This document shows, in pieces, positions 39,571 to 48,169 of a stretch of DNA of 64,000 nucleotides. The stretch is from positions 1,464-65,463 of the IMG/VR virus record IMGVR_UViG_3300007511_001999; one strand, written 5' to 3'. The notes under the pieces are model-generated. The model did not search any database and was not told where the DNA came from. It worked only from the letters and a program-made list of their open reading frames with translations. Both the position numbers and the translations under genes were made by a program. This DNA is from a virus (lineage: Duplodnaviria; Caudoviricetes). Within the stretch, counting starts at the first letter, position 1, and each line of letters begins with the position of its first letter.

Positions 39571-39818
39571 CTCTGGTCCTTTAAATCTTTTTTCTGTTGC
39601 CGCAATTCTTCCCGGGAAGTTTGAATAAACTTCTCCGTTGTGTCACCCGTTTTGTGCTTATGTACTGATGTCGGCTTGTTTGTACGAAAGGTGGTGAGTT
39701 GTTTCACCAACGAATCGGAAGCCTCACACTTGGGGCACTTGTTGGCCACCTCGTTTGAGAGATGTTGGATTGTTACGCTAGCGGTGCAGGCGCTACAGTT
39801 GTATGCATATCGGGGCAC
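39567..39818 (-). CDS. FmdB-like zinc-ribbon protein
   Basis: (M)PRYAYNCSAC...CPKC pattern. Probable GTG start at 39818 with GAGG SD. Confidence 0.75.
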   Translation of the reverse strand: MPRYAYNCSACTASVTIQHLSNEVANKCPKCEASDSLVKQLTTFRTNKPTSVHKHKTGDTTEKFIQTSREELRQQKKDLKDQR

Positions 39819-39819
39819 A

Positions 39820-40032
39820 TCAATCCTCAAGAGAGGAAATGATGTCGCCCAATTCAGTGTTTTCCAAACTCACCACCGGTGGGTTCGTTATGATGAGAGT
39901 GCTCTGCGATTGATCACTTCCGTCAACTTGAAAATTCATCTCCTTAAGGATCGGTACAATATCGCTCTGCTCCAGTAGTGATTTTTGTAAAGCCATCATG
40001 AGGGCGCCTAGGGCTTGATCTGTAAGCTTCAT
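39820..40032 (-). CDS. Hypothetical protein (70 aa)
   Basis: Complete ORF, ATGA-coupled to the upstream gene. Confidence 0.6.
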   Translation of the reverse strand: MKLTDQALGALMMALQKSLLEQSDIVPILKEMNFQVDGSDQSQSTLIITNPPVVSLENTELGDIISSLED

Positions 40033-40589
40033 TTCTGGTTTCTCTCCAGTTTTAGGATACGATCATGGATATCTCTTAGATGTCCTTCCATTTGTCGTGA
40101 ATGCTCTTGAAACGCCACGCGCAACATCTGGTCCACGACTTCACGGATATCAGCCTCTGTCATGCTCGATCCCGATTGTGTTTTCTTCTTCTTCATGTTA
40201 TTAGTTCCTTCTAATATTTCGGTGGTAGAGTAGGTCCCGATGCGATCGAAGTATCGAACTTCCTTGGCAAAACGAGAGCCTACAATTGGTTTATCCTTCC
40301 AGTCCGACCCAACCACCATATAAGTGGGGCGGAAGCGTTTAACGTATTTTCCCAATTCTTGGGGCGTATGAAATATTACCACTTCATCAACGTATATTAA
40401 AGAGTTTAACATAGCTTTACGATCTTCTTCAGTATTAAAAGGACGATCGAGGCCCTTGTCTCTCTTAACTTTTTCGTCTGAGTCTATTCCTACAATAAGC
40501 TTTTTCCCTAAGGATTTGGCATACTTTAGCATTTCTAGGTGGCCGCGGTGAAGAATGTCAAAACATCCATTTGTCCATACTGTTGTCAT
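40029..40589 (-). CDS. Cytidylyltransferase-family nucleotidyltransferase (HldE/RfaE domain II-like) with a C-terminal extension
   Basis: TNGCFDILHRGH (HxGH), IVGIDSD, KGxxRP, GSDW and YSTT motifs. Likely start MTTVWTNG at 40589 (ATGA overlap). Confidence 0.85.
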   Translation of the reverse strand: MTTVWTNGCFDILHRGHLEMLKYAKSLGKKLIVGIDSDEKVKRDKGLDRPFNTEEDRKAMLNSLIYVDEVVIFHTPQELGKYVKRFRPTYMVVGSDWKDKPIVGSRFAKEVRYFDRIGTYSTTEILEGTNNMKKKKTQSGSSMTEADIREVVDQMLRVAFQEHSRQMEGHLRDIHDRILKLERNQK

Positions 40590-41323
40590 TGGGCAGTATT
40601 CACTCCGCGGCGCTGCACAACTTGTGTGGCGCACTCATTAGCATACAGAATCGCTTCGTTGATGTCTGGATTGTGATTGTAGCTTACCGCTAGTGCCGCC
40701 ATAAATGTATCACCGGCGCCGGTGACGTCTTTTATTTCCACTTCGCTAACCGGATATGTGTGCCCCCGATGGAAGCATCCTTTGGAACCCATAGTAACGA
40801 TCAATCTATCTTCGATGTCGTTGGTGATTGTGGCCTCGGTCTTCGAAAACTCATAGTTATTTATTTTGATGTATTTGATGCCGTCACAATAGGGGCCAAG
40901 GGGGCGCTTAGTATCTAAAAATACTGTGTCGTGTTGAGACGCAATATAAGCAATACTCTCTTCGTTCAAAAAGCCTTTGCAATAATCCGAAATAACCACA
41001 AGACTATATTGTTTAAAGTCAATAGACTTAACATCACAAGCTCCTATTACATCATCGTTAACGTCGATACGGATAAACATCTGATTTGTATTCTTGTGGA
41101 TGTAACGAGTTTTAATAACATGAGCCCAGTTTTGGTTTGTTACAATATCGCACTCTGTACCGAGAGAAATAATGTTTTGTCGAACGTTCATTGCCATCCC
41201 ACAGTTTTCTACTTGATCTATGGGATTAAACACTGGTGCAGGCGCCTCAGGACAAAGACGCTCAACCTTGCCGTAGCAAAAGACATCCTTGCAAGTTTCA
41301 CCTATCACCAATATCTTTTTCAT
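40586..41323 (-). CDS. PfkB-family sugar kinase (HldE/RfaE domain I-like heptose-7-P kinase)
   Basis: ILVIGE..D...G.VERLCPEAPAPV, ISDYCKG and DVTGAGDTF motifs. Confidence 0.85.
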   Translation of the reverse strand: MKKILVIGETCKDVFCYGKVERLCPEAPAPVFNPIDQVENCGMAMNVRQNIISLGTECDIVTNQNWAHVIKTRYIHKNTNQMFIRIDVNDDVIGACDVKSIDFKQYSLVVISDYCKGFLNEESIAYIASQHDTVFLDTKRPLGPYCDGIKYIKINNYEFSKTEATITNDIEDRLIVTMGSKGCFHRGHTYPVSEVEIKDVTGAGDTFMAALAVSYNHNPDINEAILYANECATQVVQRRGVNTAQ

Positions 41324-41324
41324 A

Positions 41325-42332
41325 TTATCTCGACAAGAAGTTTCGGCCCGAGCTTACGCGCTCTCGCCAATAATCTAAGAGGTCCTGCATGGTAGTCTCG
41401 AACGTAATCTCGGGCGTCCACCCTGTATGAGCAGTAAATTTAGTAGTGTCGGGAACTTGCAGATCTGCATCAATAGGACGTAGGCGGCTTTGTTCCACCT
41501 CGACCTGAATTCCCTCCATTGTTGAAAGGCTAACCAGATGGTCCAACATATCTCCCACCGTACAGGAGAACGTTCCTCCGATATTGTAGTACTCTCCGCC
41601 GGTAGGATTAACAGTAACTAGCATATGATACGCCCGGACTGCATCTCGAACATCAGACCAAGTTCTAAGCGAGCTTAAGTTTCCTACCTTTATTACAGGG
41701 GGCAGCTGGCCAGCTTCGATCATTGCAATTTGTTTTGCAAAAGTAGACTCAGCAAAAACATCACCTCGTCGGGGCCCAGTGTGAGTAAACATTCGAGTAG
41801 TCATAACTGTGAGCCCATAGGCCTGAGCATAGTAACGACCTATGAGGTCGGTGCCCACCTTTGATATTGCATAGGGAGATGCCGGATGGAAGGGGACCTC
41901 TTCATGAATCGGGAGATATTCTTTGGGTACCCGGCCAAAGACCTCAGAAGATGCACAAACATGAATAACCGGACGGCAGTCTGACTTACGAATTGCATCA
42001 AGAAGCTTGGCGGTACCTAGGATATTGGTGTTAAGTGTATCGAGGGGCGCCTCGAAACTTGTTTGAGGGTAACTCTGTGCGGCCAAATGGAACACATAAC
42101 TTGGTTCCGTCATCTGAATGGTGTAAATCAGTGAAGACAAATCATTAAGGTCTCCATATACTAACTCCACACGCCCCTTTTTGTTGATCTCTGGAAGGAG
42201 ATGGTTCAAATTGTCTAAGTCGTCATTCCAGCGCGCGAGACCATAGATCTTCCAATCAGTATTAGCTATGAGATAGTCAGCCAAATGAGATCCGACCATC
42301 CCGGTAATACCTGTGATTAATGCTGATGTCAT
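41325..42332 (-). CDS. gmd: GDP-mannose 4,6-dehydratase-family enzyme
   Basis: ALITGITGMVGSHLA, HLAAQS, SSEVFG, PASPYAISK, HTGPRRG and VGNLSSLR motifs. Confidence 0.8.
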   Translation of the reverse strand: MTSALITGITGMVGSHLADYLIANTDWKIYGLARWNDDLDNLNHLLPEINKKGRVELVYGDLNDLSSLIYTIQMTEPSYVFHLAAQSYPQTSFEAPLDTLNTNILGTAKLLDAIRKSDCRPVIHVCASSEVFGRVPKEYLPIHEEVPFHPASPYAISKVGTDLIGRYYAQAYGLTVMTTRMFTHTGPRRGDVFAESTFAKQIAMIEAGQLPPVIKVGNLSSLRTWSDVRDAVRAYHMLVTVNPTGGEYYNIGGTFSCTVGDMLDHLVSLSTMEGIQVEVEQSRLRPIDADLQVPDTTKFTAHTGWTPEITFETTMQDLLDYWRERVSSGRNFLSR

Positions 42333-43282
42333 AAAATGTTCTCCTTATACCAGGCTAGGGTTCGTTTTATACCTTCATCGAGTGAAATTTGCGGCGCCCA
42401 TCCTAATTCTTTGGAGGCTTTCGTGCAGTCCAAAAACAAGCTTGTCTTAATCGTAGGTTTTGAAAGGTCATGCTTAATAGCAAGGGCGCGCCCGGAGGCA
42501 CTAATTATCTTCTTCACTAGATCAATCACTGGAACGGCGGAGCCTAGGCCTACATTAAATAGCCCAAAAGGCGTTTTTTGGTGAGTGAGGGCCGCATCAA
42601 CAAAATTAACCAAGTCATCAACGTGAAGGAGATCACGTTCCTCTTCGCCGGTACCCCACACATTTACAACGCCCGTTTCGTTAGTCATTACTTTGGTGAC
42701 TGTAGCTCCAAAAACATGGCTGCGCTCTAAATCATATTTATCATAGGGCCCGTACATGTTGGAGTGACGCATCACGGTGTGGGTTGTCCGTCCAAGGCCA
42801 GCATAGAACTCACACATTTTCTCAATATAAATCTTTGTGTTACCTACTCCAAAATAACGGTTAAGAAGCCTCTTGTTACCATCAAAGTCTTCCTCGGTGG
42901 TAGGATCTTCTTTGGGTTGGTACATCACCGTACAGCTGGGAAATACGAAATGGTCGACTTCGAAGTCAAACGCCGCCCTGAGAAGCAGCGAATTCATAAC
43001 AGCATTGTCGGTAACATGAACATAGGGACGGTTAACAATATCATTTGCGCCGGATGTAGTAGCCGCAAACTGCAGTATTACGTCGACCCCCTGTGTAACA
43101 CGTCGGACGTCGTCCTCGTTGTTCAGGTTCGCGTAGACCCACTCTACATCATACTCAGCAAGGGCCGGCTTCTTGTGCCACACGGCGCGAATGTTATAGC
43201 GATCGTCGTCCACATATCTCTCTAATAGGTTTCGACCGATGAACCCTGTGGCGCCACATAATAGTAATGTCTTCTTACTCAT
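42329..43282 (-). CDS. GDP-L-fucose synthase-like NAD(P)-dependent epimerase/reductase
   Basis: GATGFIG, SCTVMY, NMYGPYD and VWGTGEEERDLLHVDD motifs. The YxxxK position reads VGNTK (atypical). Confidence 0.75.
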   Translation of the reverse strand: MSKKTLLLCGATGFIGRNLLERYVDDDRYNIRAVWHKKPALAEYDVEWVYANLNNEDDVRRVTQGVDVILQFAATTSGANDIVNRPYVHVTDNAVMNSLLLRAAFDFEVDHFVFPSCTVMYQPKEDPTTEEDFDGNKRLLNRYFGVGNTKIYIEKMCEFYAGLGRTTHTVMRHSNMYGPYDKYDLERSHVFGATVTKVMTNETGVVNVWGTGEEERDLLHVDDLVNFVDAALTHQKTPFGLFNVGLGSAVPVIDLVKKIISASGRALAIKHDLSKPTIKTSLFLDCTKASKELGWAPQISLDEGIKRTLAWYKENIL

Positions 43283-44000
43283 AATAATTCCTTAAAAACA
43301 ATTCTACCACATCTCGCGAAGTCCGTTCGGGATAGTGGTAAAGATTCTCTACCTCCGTAAGATCATTTAGGTTTGTTTCATATGTATAATGTCCAAATCT
43401 TACGTTTTTATTATAGTCTTCTGCTAAGTCTAATAGTCTTACGCTCTCAGACGCCACAAAATTGTATGCACCTGTTCGCGCAAGAACCTCGTCATTAGTA
43501 ACTGCTTCTAATATATCATTTTGTAACACATAATTAAAGTTTGATTCTTGATGAAGCGTTAGCTCTTTATCTTCCATCAAGCGAATTAAAGAATTCTTTC
43601 GTATTGTAGGGCCCAGAATGACCGGTAATCTAAGAATTAAGGCGTCCGGGTTGTGCTTCTTGACGAAGTCTTCTGCACATCTCTTCATAAAACTATAGGA
43701 AGTGAACGAGCCATATACATCAACACTTGAAAAATACACGAATTTCGTACACCCTAAATGCAACAAATCTTCAGTTAAGAAAATGTTATCCTCTATATAT
43801 TGACTATAATCTTCAATATCTCTCTTTGAATTAAACGCCGCATGTAATACTGTTACATTCTCAGTAGATGCAGCTTGTTCTAATATCTCATACTTATTAT
43901 CGCGTGAAAGGCCAAGGGCCCCAGGAAGGTTTTCATAAAGAAATTTCCCGAGGCCCGAGTTGACTCCCGTAATAAGATATGTTTTATTTTCTGAAGGCAT
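43275..44000 (-). CDS. NAD-dependent epimerase/dehydratase (short extended-SDR)
   Basis: ITGVNSGLG, FSSVDVYG and YSFMK motifs. Likely start MPSEN at 44000. Confidence 0.75.
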   Translation of the reverse strand: MPSENKTYLITGVNSGLGKFLYENLPGALGLSRDNKYEILEQAASTENVTVLHAAFNSKRDIEDYSQYIEDNIFLTEDLLHLGCTKFVYFSSVDVYGSFTSYSFMKRCAEDFVKKHNPDALILRLPVILGPTIRKNSLIRLMEDKELTLHQESNFNYVLQNDILEAVTNDEVLARTGAYNFVASESVRLLDLAEDYNKNVRFGHYTYETNLNDLTEVENLYHYPERTSRDVVELFLRNYYE

Positions 44001-44952
44001 TGTGTCGATTATCAACAATCTCCTGGTTATCTTTAAACCACTGGATGGTGTCCACTATCCCCTCTTCAATGCTGACGGTTGGCTCGAAGCCATGTGACTT
44101 TGCACGAGTCATATCAAATACCCTCCGAGCATCTCCTGTGGGCTTCGTGGTATCCCAGCGTACCTCGATATCTCTTCCACAATGTTTGACTACTAGGTCG
44201 ACAATGGTCTTAATTTGTACTCCGTCGCCAGAACCCAGATTAATAGGGTCCGTTACTCCGTTCTCCACCGCGTGTAGCATACCTAGTGCCACATCGCGGG
44301 AATGAATAAAGTCTCTGATCGGTGACCCATCACCCCATACTTCAAGGTGGTCATTTTCTAGTGCCTTGCGAACCAACGATGGTACTACCATAGCATTTTC
44401 AGGGTCAAAGTTGTCGTATGGACCATACACATTTGCGGGTCGTACTATGGAAACACAGTCCCAACCGTACTGTATAGAATACGCCTGTGCCTGCAATTCT
44501 CCGATCCTCTTGGCCCAACCAGCAAAGCGGTCGTTGTCAGATGGAAAGGTACTCCACACATCATCTTCTCTAAAAACCTCAGCCGGGTGATACACCCCAA
44601 CGCTGCTGGTATAGAGATACCACTTCACTCCCTGTGCTCTTGCCGCCTCCATCATATTGGTGTTAAACTGTAGCATTGGTACCATGAAGTCTGCCGGTTG
44701 TTCTCGGCACATCTTGGGTGAGCCCTTAACCCCAACAAGGTTAAAAACATAGTCCATCCCCTCGCATATCTCCAGGCACTTATCAAAGTATCGCAAGTCT
44801 GCCTTAACAAACTGTACGCTCTCTGGGAGTCCCTGTGGAGTGTCCAGCGAAACTACGTATACCTGGGCTCCTCTCTCCACTAGCAAATCTACTAGGGGGC
44901 GACCTATCATTCCAGTGCCCCCCGTTACTAATACCTTTTGTCCCTCAAACAT
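43984..44952 (-). CDS. GDP-fucose synthase/ColC-like epimerase-reductase
   Basis: VTGGTGMIG, SSVGVY, NVYGPYDNF, VWGDGSPIRDFIH, INLGSG and WDTTKPTG motifs. The YxxxK position reads AGWAK (atypical). Confidence 0.75.
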   Translation of the reverse strand: MFEGQKVLVTGGTGMIGRPLVDLLVERGAQVYVVSLDTPQGLPESVQFVKADLRYFDKCLEICEGMDYVFNLVGVKGSPKMCREQPADFMVPMLQFNTNMMEAARAQGVKWYLYTSSVGVYHPAEVFREDDVWSTFPSDNDRFAGWAKRIGELQAQAYSIQYGWDCVSIVRPANVYGPYDNFDPENAMVVPSLVRKALENDHLEVWGDGSPIRDFIHSRDVALGMLHAVENGVTDPINLGSGDGVQIKTIVDLVVKHCGRDIEVRWDTTKPTGDARRVFDMTRAKSHGFEPTVSIEEGIVDTIQWFKDNQEIVDNRHNAFRK

Positions 44953-46126
44953 TGTTTATCCTTTCACACAAGTCAATTATCTGTTCTCTCGTTAAGTCAG
45001 TATGGTTTCCTACATACAAACTATAGTCATGGATGTGGTCTGCTGTGTCCAGACGACCCACAATCTCATACTCATATAATCCTTCTCTCAGATACGGTTG
45101 GCGGGCTTGGTTGCCCCCTCCTGCTGTTCCGATACGATACTCTACGCCAACCTCCTCTAAGACCCCGGCGATGCGGCAGAGAAGCTCCTTGTCCGTCTCC
45201 TGCAAGATTAGGGGCAGCGCAAAGCTGCTGTTGCCCTCTAGTGCATAGTCGGTGAAGAAACGATTGGAGTCCAGGTGAGAAACCCAGCATTCCAAGTTTT
45301 CAACTCGGCGCGCTATATTTGAATCAAGTCGTTGTAATTGTTCGAGTCCCAGAACCGCATTCATCTCCATGCTGCGCAAGTTATATCCAGGTACAGCAAA
45401 TGTAAATAGAGGATTGAGGTCTGGGTAATTCTTCTTGTAGCGTTCTTGAAATGCTGGTGATGCTTCGCGGGTCATGCCGTGAGAACGGAAGAGGCGCGCA
45501 TATTCATGAAGTTCCGGATTGTTTGTGCAAACAACGCCGCCCTCGATGGTGGTAATGTGGTGGCCAAAATAAAATGAGAAGTTGGACATATCACCAAAGG
45601 CGCCGATCTTCTCTCCGTTATAGGTGGCGCCATGGGACTCACAGCAATCCTCAATCAAAAGAATATTATATCGATCAGCCAGTTCTCTCAATTCTTCTGA
45701 CATAGCATTGAACCCCATCGCATGCACCAAGACAATAGCCTTGGTGTACGGAGTCACAGCCTCTTGAATATTTTCAAACGTCATTGAAAAATTACTTTTA
45801 TCAACATCAACGAAAACAGGCGTCATTCCCAAATTAACCACTGGGGCAATATCAGAAACCCAACCAATGGGGGGCACAATGACCTGGCCAACTCCTTTAA
45901 GTTCTTTAACAATTGACATCATAATATAGTTGGCAGACGCTCCTGAATTTACAAAGGTGGTGTGGTTAACTCCGAGCCACTCGGACCACTTACTTTCAAA
46001 CTCTTTCACTTTTGGGCCGTTCGTGAAACGCACATTGGGGGTTTTAATGAAATCAACCAAAGCCTGCTTATCAGATTCAGTAATATTGTCATTAATCAAA
46101 GGCCACGTAAATCTATTTGGTGCCAT
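44945..46126 (-). CDS. colD: GDP-4-keto-6-deoxymannose 3-dehydratase (ColD-like, DegT family with active-site His)
   Basis: FVNSGASAN, EDCCESHGA and SFYFGHHITTIEGG (His replaces the Schiff-base Lys, as in ColD). GYNLR present. No E1-type CxC-x-C Fe-S segment. Start MAPNR with GGAG SD. Confidence 0.7.
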   Translation of the reverse strand: MAPNRFTWPLINDNITESDKQALVDFIKTPNVRFTNGPKVKEFESKWSEWLGVNHTTFVNSGASANYIMMSIVKELKGVGQVIVPPIGWVSDIAPVVNLGMTPVFVDVDKSNFSMTFENIQEAVTPYTKAIVLVHAMGFNAMSEELRELADRYNILLIEDCCESHGATYNGEKIGAFGDMSNFSFYFGHHITTIEGGVVCTNNPELHEYARLFRSHGMTREASPAFQERYKKNYPDLNPLFTFAVPGYNLRSMEMNAVLGLEQLQRLDSNIARRVENLECWVSHLDSNRFFTDYALEGNSSFALPLILQETDKELLCRIAGVLEEVGVEYRIGTAGGGNQARQPYLREGLYEYEIVGRLDTADHIHDYSLYVGNHTDLTREQIIDLCERINNV

Positions 46127-46649
46127 AATACTCTCCGTATTCAACAATGAGGGTAGGACGTGCGTCCTCTCGTTCATAGGCCTTTTGAAAGGCTGGGAAT
46201 ATATCCTCGGGCTCCTTTAACTCAACCACATCAACATAGGTTAACATCTTCCGGAATGCCTCGGTATGGTTCTGTGTGTGTTGAGGGCCCGCATCAATGG
46301 GCGTTTTTGCCCCAATGGCGACCCGAATGATGACACGGGGTCGCATATCACCGGCAGACATTACATTAATTTTGTCCAAATGGTTCACGAGTTGGTTGCA
46401 AGCAAGAATAAAGAAATCAAAGCGAGGATACATAGTAATCGGAACGAGGCCCGCTAAGGCCATTCCTGTAGACATACCAAGCTGGGTTTCTTCAAAGACC
46501 GGAAGCTCTACACGCTTTTCCATCGGCACATTCACAAGTGTGCTAGAAATAGCATGGCCGCTCACGCGGCAAGCTTGACCCAAGAAAATGGTATCCTCCT
46601 GCTGTCCGAGCCAACTCATTGCCCGAATTAGTTCATCGCGATATTTCAT
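46113..46649 (-). CDS. ThDP enzyme E1-beta/transketolase pyrimidine-binding subunit (single domain)
   Basis: FLGQ, ELPVFEETQLGMSTGMALAG, NQLVNH and GPQH motifs. Lacks the C-terminal domain. Confidence 0.8.
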   Translation of the reverse strand: MKYRDELIRAMSWLGQQEDTIFLGQACRVSGHAISSTLVNVPMEKRVELPVFEETQLGMSTGMALAGLVPITMYPRFDFFILACNQLVNHLDKINVMSAGDMRPRVIIRVAIGAKTPIDAGPQHTQNHTEAFRKMLTYVDVVELKEPEDIFPAFQKAYEREDARPTLIVEYGEYYGTK

Positions 46650-46651
46650 AA

Positions 46652-47284
46652 CTAAAAGTTCACCCATTTTCCAGTTCCATGATGAGGGTATTCCATTTCG
46701 TATGCATAATAAATAACATCATCTGGGATGGGCTGTTTGGTACCCCAAGCCTCGTCTGTAGGCGTATGGACACTCATATTGTTATCTTCGATTACCCACT
46801 GCAAAGGAAGGTTGAAGTTCTTAGCATACTTGTGACTCTCATGAAAGACTCCGCACTCCGATGTCATATCGCCGACAAAGCACCATACGCGATTAGGAGA
46901 GTGGAGCTTCTTTAGGGCGGCTGCAGCCCCGAGTGCCATTGGAATAATTCCTCCTACAATTGAGGATGCATAAAAATTAGGATTGACGTTATTGGTCCCC
47001 ATACTGTTGCCTTTAATGATGTTGGTAAATAGTTTTTCCGCGGGCACTCCATGGAGCAGTGCATGATAGTGGTTGCGCCATGGCACAAAGACCCAATCTT
47101 TTTCGCTTATATATTGAAATATCTCAATTAGCTGTTCCTCGTTGTTCTTCGCTAGGTGGATAGGGCCGGCCACCTCGCCGGCCTCATACTTGTCTCGCAC
47201 ACGCGACTCAAAATCTATCAGTTCAGCAGCAGTATACAGAGGCTCTCGAACCTTCTCTAAGTGTGGTGGTATCTTTAGTGTCAT
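46652..47284 (-). CDS. ThDP enzyme E1-alpha-like subunit (short)
   Basis: GPIHL, WRNHYHALLHG, SIVGG and the ThDP motif GDM...EDN. Confidence 0.8.
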   Translation of the reverse strand: MTLKIPPHLEKVREPLYTAAELIDFESRVRDKYEAGEVAGPIHLAKNNEEQLIEIFQYISEKDWVFVPWRNHYHALLHGVPAEKLFTNIIKGNSMGTNNVNPNFYASSIVGGIIPMALGAAAALKKLHSPNRVWCFVGDMTSECGVFHESHKYAKNFNLPLQWVIEDNNMSVHTPTDEAWGTKQPIPDDVIYYAYEMEYPHHGTGKWVNF

Positions 47285-47760
47285 TATTTATCTCTCGTTT
47301 GTAAAATGGGATTCTCTATTGGCCAATTAATGCCCCAAGACGGATCGTTCCACTTAATTGTAAACTGATCTTGGACATCGGGATAGGTGCCAGGGTATAA
47401 CCACTTATAGTGAAATACTGCTTCATCGCTTAAAACTAAAAAGCCATTACCCACCCCAGGCGGCAATAGAACTTGTTTGCGACTTCTAGAATCCAGTATC
47501 ATCGAATCCCATTGTTTAGTGGTTGAAGAGTCGGTGCGTGGGTCCGCTACTACAAAATATAGCTCTCCATACAAGCAGGTCACTAGCTTCCAAGACTTTT
47601 GGTCCCCGTGGATCCCACGAAGAACATGGCGACGGGAAGTTGAAACCTTATCATGATTAAAGTTGAATCTATGTGAATCAGCGTTCCAGAGAGTCCAAAG
47701 GTCTCCCCTATAATCTGTATATACATCCGGTTGTGTCACCTCTACGCCGTCAATCTTCAT
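47284..47760 (-). CDS. rmlC: dTDP-4-dehydrorhamnose 3,5-epimerase-family protein (RmlC-like)
   Basis: DYRG, STSRRHVLRGIH, KLVTCLYG, GNGF, WNDP..GINWP and RDK motifs. Confidence 0.8.
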   Translation of the reverse strand: MKIDGVEVTQPDVYTDYRGDLWTLWNADSHRFNFNHDKVSTSRRHVLRGIHGDQKSWKLVTCLYGELYFVVADPRTDSSTTKQWDSMILDSRSRKQVLLPPGVGNGFLVLSDEAVFHYKWLYPGTYPDVQDQFTIKWNDPSWGINWPIENPILQTRDK

Positions 47761-48169
47761 TGTTGCTCCAGCTAATCTCCCAATCTTGGAACTCGGCCGC
47801 CAAACAATCTATTTTGTAATCCTTTCGGCCGCCGGCAAGTTCCTGAATCTTGTTCTTTGCAGTATTGCGTATTCCATTGAGGCCGTGGGTCAACTCTAAA
47901 TTGTTACCATCTCTAATCCCTTTTCGGTAGTTCGATTCATTGTGCCAGATATGTAAATTCATCTGCGATAACACAACAATTGCACGGAGGACCTCGGCAT
48001 TTATCTCTTCGGCTTCTGCTAAGCAAACATCAATATCATGACAGATATCTTTAATCTCTTGTGCGTATTCCTCTTTGTGATCTGTAATGAAGACTTCCTT
48101 TAATTGAGTGATGGACAAGCGGTCGACCAGCTCAGCTAAAGTGGGGAGGTATTTTCGTTCACTTGTCAT
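47750..48169 (-). CDS. Helical protein of DUF4254/DUF6165-like type
   Basis: LAELVDRLSITQLK...NLHIWHNE...NGIRNTAKNKI, a pattern recalled from glycan loci. Confidence 0.5.
   Translation of the reverse strand: MTSERKYLPTLAELVDRLSITQLKEVFITDHKEEYAQEIKDICHDIDVCLAEAEEINAEVLRAIVVLSQMNLHIWHNESNYRKGIRDGNNLELTHGLNGIRNTAKNKIQELAGGRKDYKIDCLAAEFQDWEISWSNNED

Noticed and set aside
46113-47284. Pyruvate dehydrogenase complex
   Set aside because: Both subunits are much shorter than PDH E1 subunits, and no E2/E3 is present.
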